Positions 33,350 to 40,579 of a stretch of DNA of 40,579 nucleotides are shown piece by piece. Made by a program: the position numbers and the translations under genes. A model generated the notes under the pieces. It was not told the DNA's origin and did not search any database. It saw only the letters and a program-made list of their open reading frames with translations. This DNA is from Parasitella parasitica NRRL 2501 (Eukaryota > Fungi > Mucoromycota). How positions within the stretch are numbered: position 1 is the first letter of the stretch; each line of letters begins with the position of its first letter. Location: NCBI GenBank assembly GCA_025201805.1, contig MU619322.1:99172-139750 (forward strand). Direction: 5' to 3'.

Positions 33350-34069
33350 GTTAGATGGGGAAGGAGTAGTATTCTCTTTTGAAGCATTCAATCCATCATC
33401 TGTGGGTAATTTGCCAGATTTTTGCAATTCAGCGATTTCAGCAGCAGCTGTATTTTCGTTAATATGTATTGATAGAATCATACAAACAACTTACTCAAAA
33501 ATCGTCCACCTGGACCTCTAGGACGACGCATAGCATGCTTATGTCGGCTTTCATGGAGATATGGCTTTCTTGTTCTCTCTAATTTATGTAATTCCTCAAG
33601 CTTAAGACGAGCAGCACGTCTTTTGAGAATGCGATGATATTGTTTTGCATTTACGTATAGAGGCTCTTCCTCGACAACAGGAGCAGCAGGGACAACTGTT
33701 AAACAATCAGTATCTCGTCTTACACTGAAAAAAAATAAAATAGAAAAAGTACCTTGACCAGCTTGAGCAGTTAACATACTGCCAGGCTATTTCAAATTAT
33801 TTCAATAAATCATCAAGAAAGAAAAAATTTTCATTTAAATTTACCATGGCAACGTGTTGTTGAGGGAAACCAAGATGTGTTGGAGGCTGCTGTTGTACCT
33901 GTCTGTGATAAGCCAATGGAGAACCGTGAGCTTCAGTCTACAAACATTGCAAATGAGTTTCTCCTGCTCCCTTTCTCCTTCCCACACATACCATAGATTC
34001 TGAAGCAGCAGGTTGAGATGTGGCTTGCAACTGTTGGTTCTGGGCAGTGTTATCACTGTAATTATTCAT
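33266..34069 (-). CDS. HAP2: CCAAT-binding factor subunit HAP2/HapB (NF-YA), multi-exon
   Basis: [25 protein letters not shown]...[25 protein letters not shown]; polyQ C-terminus; ATG at 34069 (MNNYSDN). Confidence 0.93.
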
Positions 34070-34379
34070 TTTTTTCGAGTCTTTGCTTGGATCTATGCGA
34101 ATGCTTGATGGATATATTTTGCGGAGAGTGAGACCTGTCAAGTTTGTAGTGAAGAGCAAATGTGATAGGACAATGGTTTCTCCCAATCAAAAGAAAAACA
34201 AAATAAAAGAACAACAAAAGGAGGAGGGCCATCAGTTTTCAGAAAAGGCTTTTAATTCGACGAACATTGAATAGTCATTTCGCTAGACCAATATCATCAC
34301 GTCACCAGATGCGGTATATCATAGATCCATTCTCCTGAGATTGAACAATGCCAAGTGATACAGATGTTCCGTCTGGACA

Positions 34380-35605
34380 ATGGATTTTGACCGTTATCAG
34401 CAAAATCAACAGATTTTATCCCAAGTTACTCGCCATACAACTTCAAGCATCAAGATATTGCAAACCAGAGTCGCACAGTGGAACAATGCCACCGTGAAAG
34501 AAATGCAAGCAGACCTGGATTTGGTTCATTTTATTTTCAAACATGGTCGCGCATGTTGCTCCTCCTTTGCCTCCGCTTGTGCAGCTCAAATACTCTATCC
34601 ACAACTAGCTCGACTAGTTCTTGACCAAACTAACGACAAAAAAACAACCGCGCTGTCATATTCATTATTGGTGTGTATGGTTGATCTAGTCAAACAGGAT
34701 TCGTTATTCTCACTTACTTCATCGCAGTTGCTCAAATTTATCACTATGGCCTCTCCTCTATGGTTACATCACAAGATTTACATTTGCCGCAAATCCATGG
34801 AGTTATGCTACCGCTTGCTATATCATGCAATAGACGACAATCAAGGTAGCATTATTGTGAATAGCGTTGTTTTGTATATTCGCCAATGCCGAATACACAT
34901 GACACGAGCAGATGTGGAAAAGATCAGATCACATGAATACACAGAATTCTATTTCAATTATTTTAATGGTGTCGATACCTTGCCAATGATCTACGATCGC
35001 ACTACCATTACATGGCTCGTTCAAATCACATTTGCTTTATTTTTAAAGCAGGTTGGAAATCATCAAGCTCTGATAAAAGAAATCAAAGGTAGTTTACAAA
35101 AATCGTGTTGATATATAGGTCCTTGCTGATAGGATATCTAGATCTATATAAGAGCAACTGCCTGTACAACATGAGAGAATTATTATTTGACATTTGCTGT
35201 GCAAACGATGATGACACTGTGCAGTTTTTAGATACAATTCTGTCAATATACCAGCAGCCACAACAACAAACTGCTCAGTTTTTTTCAACAATAGACATCA
35301 ACCCACATAGTCTCTTCCTTTTTTTCGTTCAGAAATGTGGAAACACGCATGATATCCTAATAGACCTGCTTTTAGAAAACGATTCAGGATTCATTTCTTA
35401 TTTTCATCGCTACATCCTATACGCTACACGATACATGGATGCATTCAAGGACGCTATTCATAGCAGTGCGGGTACTGATTTGGATACGATACAAACGATC
35501 ATTACAAACACGATTCTTGTTTTGGAAAGAGACGGGTTTCCGTACAATGCAAAGCCATTGATTCGACGTCTTACTATTTTTGAGGAGAAACTGTTTGAAG
35601 GCTGA
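34380..35605 (+). CDS. Protein Lines (LINS1)-like protein, 2 exons
   Basis: NPHSLFLFFVQKCGNTHDILIDLLLENDSGFISYFHRYI and FPYNAKPLIRRL resemble Lines_N/Lines_C motifs; intron 35089-35132. Confidence 0.7.
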
Positions 35606-35925
35606 TGTATGATAGAGACTGTACCAGTACGGTCTTGAAATATGTGCAAAGCTACTTTTTTTTTTTTAATATGACTATTATGATAATAAATAACACCATG
35701 ATATTACCATTTCTATGGAGGCTATTGTTTTTGAAGCAGCAGAAGAAGGAAAACTTTATGTACTAACTAACACGTGTTTATAATGCTTAAATCTGATGGC
35801 TCAATTCACATATAATGCGGGTAACCCTAACAATCAAATTACTACTACGTGTCAGTAAACGGGTCTAATAAATGATGTGTATTAGTTAAAAATAACATAA
35901 TTTTTAGGTGATAATATGCAAAGGC

Positions 35926-36185
35926 TGTATTCAGCTGCATGGTTAAATATAACTTCCCAAAATATCGTTAATCTGAACAATGTAAACTGGTGTGTACATT
36001 TTACAGGCATTGATGTAAAGCTGAAGAAAAATCGAAAAAAAAGCAGAGGCTCAATTATCACCAGCAAACACATTATTTTGCATTTCAAAATATTAAACTT
36101 CGAGATACTTGGACGAAACTTTACGCCCTAACATTGAGCCTATATGAATGGCCCACTACTATCTTCACATACATTCGTATACTTC
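35926..36185 (+). repeat. Dispersed direct repeat, copy 2 (copy 1 at 24709-24967)
   Basis: About 95% identical to copy 1. Confidence 0.95.
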
Positions 36186-36272
36186 GCTTGATTGGTGTTC
36201 TTAACGTCTCGGACGAACTTATCGGTTATGTACTGATCAATATTTTGCAGCTCTTATGGAATCGGTATAAAT

Positions 36273-37110
36273 TGTTAAATATGTGAAATACATTCACCAT
36301 GATGATCTGCATTCCACTTCTAGATTCATTCAGTTACCTTAAATTGATATAAACTACATATGCGCACAGATAATAAGATGTGCAATACAGATTTATACTA
36401 TATAAGATATAAGCTAGAGACGGCACCATTAGGATGGATGACGCTATAGACTGATACTTATATCTCGACACGAGCCTTAGACATTTACTAGATTTAGAAT
36501 ATGCTACGAGCTTATGCTATATAAGATCTATCCTTCAGATGTGTATTCCCAGTTTCTAAATACGCATTACAAGACATATACTTATATCCATGATACTGGC
36601 TACAGATACATCATGTAATACAGACTTGTACAATATGTGCAATGCTATAGATATGCTTATGAAATGCTTAAGACATGCTACATATACCGATATATGCTAA
36701 GATGAATACCAAGTGATATACACTCAGACATGTACTATTAATATAGACTGGATAAGACTATACAAGGAATGATATACGCTTATGGATCGATATTAATAAT
36801 CTTCGCATAGAAGATTGATCTGGGTGCTACCTCGGTTAAAGTCTATCTCCTCACTCAAATAGATTTAAGTTATCTTGAGTCTGCTGATATGTAGCTTAGC
36901 ACAAAGTTAAGATGCTAGTTACGCATTATTGTCGTACATGTTAAATTGCGAGAATAGAATATTCATCCACAGTTGAAGTATATAAAGGTTCATCTACCTG
37001 GCCAGTAGATAAACTGGAGCTTTATACACCGGTCGATTTGATAATAAAACCTATACCTTTATCAAGTTGACTTTATTGTTTTTTTTTATTATAATTTTTT
37101 TCCGTGAATC
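36273..37110 (+). mobile_element. LTR-like unit (solo LTR), plus orientation, lacking its last ~9 nt
   Basis: Starts TGTTA; the inverted copy supplies the missing end ...CATATAACA (TGTTA...TAACA termini). TATATAAA at 36979-36986 and AATAAA at 37043-37048; non-coding. Confidence 0.55.
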
Positions 37111-37797
37111 TATTTTGTGGAATCGGTATAAATTGTTATATGGATTCACGGAAAAAAATTATAATAAAAAAAAACAATAAAGTCAACTTGATAAAGGTAT
37201 AGGTTTTATTATCAAATCGACCGGTGTATAAAGCTCCAGTTTATCTACTGGCCAGGTAGATGAACCTTTATATACTTCAACTGTGGATGAATATTCTATT
37301 CTCGCAATTTAACATGTACGACAATAATGCGTAACTAGCATCTTAACTTTGTGCTAAGCTACATATCAGCAGACTCAAGATAACTTAAATCTATTTGAGT
37401 GAGGAGATAGACTTTAACCGAGGTAGCACCCAGATCAATCTTCTATGCGAAGATTATTAATATCGATCCATAAGCGTATATCATTCCTTGTATAGTCTTA
37501 TCCAGTCTATATTAATAGTACATGTCTGAGTGTATATCACTTGGTATTCATCTTAGCATATATCGGTATATGTAGCATGTCTTAAGCATTTCATAAGCAT
37601 ATCTATAGCATTGCACATATTGTACAAGTCTGTATTACATGATGTATCTGTAGCCAGTATCATGGATATAAGTATATGTCTTGTAATGCGTATTTAGAAA
37701 CTGGGAATACACATCTGAAGGATAGATCTTATATAGCATAAGCTCGTAGCATATTCTAAATCTAGTAAATGTCTAAGGCTCGTGTCGAGATATAAGT
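36456..37797. repeat. Long inverted repeat: 655-bp arms (36456-37110 and 37143-37797) with a 32-nt spacer
   Basis: The arms are reverse complements with no mismatch in the segments compared by eye. Confidence 0.97.
37134..37797 (-). mobile_element. Second copy of the same LTR-like unit, minus orientation, 5'-truncated
   Basis: Intact TAACA end at 37134-37138 (minus strand); homology stops abruptly at 37797. Confidence 0.55.
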
Positions 37798-38676
37798 TGT
37801 TGAGGTCTGCAAGATCGAAATAAGAATCGTATAAAATAAAACGTTGAATTAACGAGATAAGAAAACTTGATTACTTTATTAAAGATTCAACTTTGCATCT
37901 GCTATTTACACTTTTCACAACTACATAAATTTTTGGTGACTGATTTAAAATACTAGTCGATACTAATCGATAAGAATAATTTGCAAGCAACATCATATCC
38001 TTAACAGGGTACGATGTATTATTATACTACAACGCTATTGATCTTTGATCTGACAGTACCTTATTGTTTGTCAATCATACAGATCTGTGTTGCAGAAAAC
38101 CTTCTTGATTTGAAACAAAAACTTTATTCTCCTATTTCGACAAGTATAAAAACACATTATTGGACAATCTCCAATTTTTAATTGAAGTACATTATCATGA
38201 TCTCCTATCCTACATTATGGCAGATCACAACTGAGAGAATTATAACTTATTGATTTATCATACACTAGTACATCAACATCAATAAGGTTTATACTTTTCT
38301 GATTTTATATGGTACGTAGCTCTAACTCTATTTATCACTTTGCCAATATAATATAATTTATAGAGACCGTTGTAATACTAGGATGTTGTTATGCGCAGAG
38401 GATATATAAATATGATCTGCTCAAAAAAATTTATAACTTTATAAACATAAAATCAGACACAAAAACTAATGACTTTATTGATAAGAAAATACCATCTTTT
38501 ATACTAGATTATATCTATTGTAACACTATTTGTCATCATGGTTAAACATTGAACTTGGTATGTAATACCAAGTTTATTACATGTTCTATTGTACATTAAT
38601 AGCTTATTCCTTGTCATTGTATACAAAGAATTACCAATCTAATAATTACTTGATCTCATGCCTTTCTGGCACAACA
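37798..38676. mobile_element. Possible second, unrelated LTR-like insertion
   Basis: Begins TGTTG exactly where the palindrome arm ends, and a CAACA lies at 38672-38676. AT-rich and ORF-free. No matching TSD, so the right boundary is tentative. Confidence 0.3.
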
Positions 38677-38758
38677 GATGTCAAGCAGGCTACGCTGCGG
38701 TAATAGTGCCGACAATCGTATGTGAATTCTAGCTGCAGAAATTTAGAGTATACTCGCG

Positions 38759-40579
38759 CATTTGAGTGGACAGCCAACAACAAAATGAAACAGATCTTCC
38801 GGAGCCAGACCACACAGAGCACAAAGAGGAGACGGAACTTTTGCTGGCACTATACGATGGCACCAAGATCGGTGAGCCACTTGATCATGTAACAATCGCC
38901 ACCAAGGTGTGAATGCTTTTGCAGGCGGGTCCAGGGACCAAAAAAAGACACCAATAAGGAGGAGGTAGTCGCAAATGGACAGGCAGAAGAAGTGGAGGAC
39001 CCATACTAGAGGTAATTATATCCTTTGCAGGATGCCAATACCTTCGCAGGGCGTTCAAAGACAAGCGAGCCACAGAAACAGAAGAACGAGAGGAATTGGA
39101 AATTGTCCAGTGTGAGCAATTTGGCATCCACGAAGAAGCATCATCAGAACGGGGCATAGTATGATAGTCTGCATGAGACAAGACTATCTTACTATCCATG
39201 ACAGGCGGGAAAACCAGAGAGACAGGACCAAGATCTTTGTTGACATCTAAATATACACGACGGACTTTTGTAGGCCACGCTAGAAGATGACAAATAACGT
39301 CCTCGATAATGCCAAGTTCAGACTGTCAAAAGCAAATGCCAGACACCAAGTAGCGAGAATCCAAAGTAGCATGATCAACCATCGAAGGAACTGATGACAC
39401 AGTACTGAGTACATAACACAATGAAAAATCAAGAAACCACCTGGCAGACCAACCAGAAGAAGGAACTAGCTTGGGTAGTTTTATCACGAGATTGATAAGA
39501 TGTTTAAGAACAGGCACAGAAGATACACGGAATTTGAACTTGTCTGGAAAAGAGAACCAAGGCAAGACAGATTTATGACCAGTGTTACTTGGAAGGCGTA
39601 AACCAACCAAGCAGTGACAAAATTAGAAGGAGAAGGTGGACGCAACAAGCGTTGCAAATAGACAAGATGCAGAGCCAAGCTCTGATCTGCTATATCCACT
39701 AAACCAACACCACCAAACTTGCGAGGAAGACATAAAGTTGACCAAGCAACACCAGGACGAAACGACACCAAATAGTCCCGAATTACTTTCTTGAGAGCCA
39801 TCACCCACGACTCAGTAGCAGGGCCACCAGGAACAACACGCAACACATGATAGACCTTGGACGACAGCAACGAGTTAGCCACAAGTCTAGCTCCCCGAAT
39901 GGAGAGATTTCTTTGCTTCAACAAGTTGCAGTGCCTTTGGACCTTTACTAATAAGTCATTTAGAAAATCACTCAGTTGACTATCAGTATGATACAAGGGA
40001 GAATCCAAGTATCGGACCGCACCACTAAGAGAGAGCATCATGCCACTGGGTATCAGCAGCATGCGCCAAAGCAACCCAAGTGGAATGCGGCCTACCAGAA
40101 AGAGATACCAGCACAGTCTTGCTAAGATTGGCCTTCGCGTTACACGCTCGGCCATATAGATCCAATAGAGACAACAAGACTGGCCACTCATCTGGGGACG
40201 ACAAGAACACTTCCAGATCATCAGCATAACTGAGGATCTTGACAGGAGACGGAGCACCAGTACGACTAGCATAGTCCAATTGTCGATTGCAGGAACCATC
40301 ACCAAGATCCACACGAACTTCCACCGGTGAAGGCTTCCATTTTTGTGGGATACTGACAGGCGAGAGGGTGACACCAGAAAGACCAGGACAAGCAAGCAGA
40401 GAACGAAGAAGTGGCTCAAACGCCAAATTGAACAGCAATGGAGACAAGGGATCACCTTGACGAAGACCTCGCAATTGAGGGACAGGAGCACCAAGCCAAC
40501 CATTGATAGACACCGAAATCTTTGTTCCAAAGAACAAAGACAACAAGCAAGACACCAAACCAGCAGGAAAACCAAAATG
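38759..40579 (-). mobile_element. Degenerate L1/Tx1-clade non-LTR retrotransposon ORF2 (RT plus CCHC), runs off the window end, 3'-truncated
   Basis: GLRQGDPLSPLLFNLAFEPL, SYADD, ANLSKT, VRYLDSPL, LSIRGARLVANSLLSSK, VAWSTLCLPRKFGGVGL and CALC-x4-EDLFHFVVGC. Several frameshifts; no poly(A) tail seen. Confidence 0.93.

Noticed and set aside
36456-37797. DIRS ITR/ICR or Penelope inverted pseudo-LTR interpretation of the palindrome
   Set aside because: No tyrosine recombinase, GIY-YIG or matching RT nearby; the spacer match is in direct orientation, and TG...CA ends with TATA and poly(A) signals fit an LTR better.
1-40579. CRISPR arrays, tRNA and rRNA genes
   Set aside because: No repeat-spacer periodicity, cloverleaf or rRNA-like sequence recognised by eye; tRNAscan/Rfam were not run.

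Overview
Eukaryotic genomic DNA from an early-diverging fungus, most likely Mucorales. This is inferred from gene-dense, AT-rich sequence, short GT-AG introns (mostly 45-70 nt) and the gene content. Positions ~830-35600 carry about 16 intact genes: MAK16, an Rxt3-domain protein, a HAL/NPR-type kinase, an alpha-arrestin, a VAP/Scs2-like MSP protein mostly missed by the ORF track, an F-box protein, cyclin H, an ING protein, an Apd1/Aim32-type ferredoxin, EFM4, an ATF6-like membrane-tethered bZIP, peroxisomal thiolase, an Rrm4-like RRM-MLLE protein, an RA-PH (MRL-like) protein, HAP2 and a Lines-like protein. Mobile DNA includes a 1.6-kb TIR element (10571-12164, Harbinger-like ends) carrying a decayed, intron-containing Fanzor RNA-guided nuclease gene with a candidate omega-RNA region, and a probable Helitron 3' end (1-338). 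The gene-free terminal ~5 kb holds a 655-bp palindrome built from an LTR-like unit and a broken L1/Tx1 LINE. All gene models were hand-spliced and family calls rest on remembered motifs; no database search was run. Assembly gaps (N runs) lie at 10392-10401 and 22011-22035.
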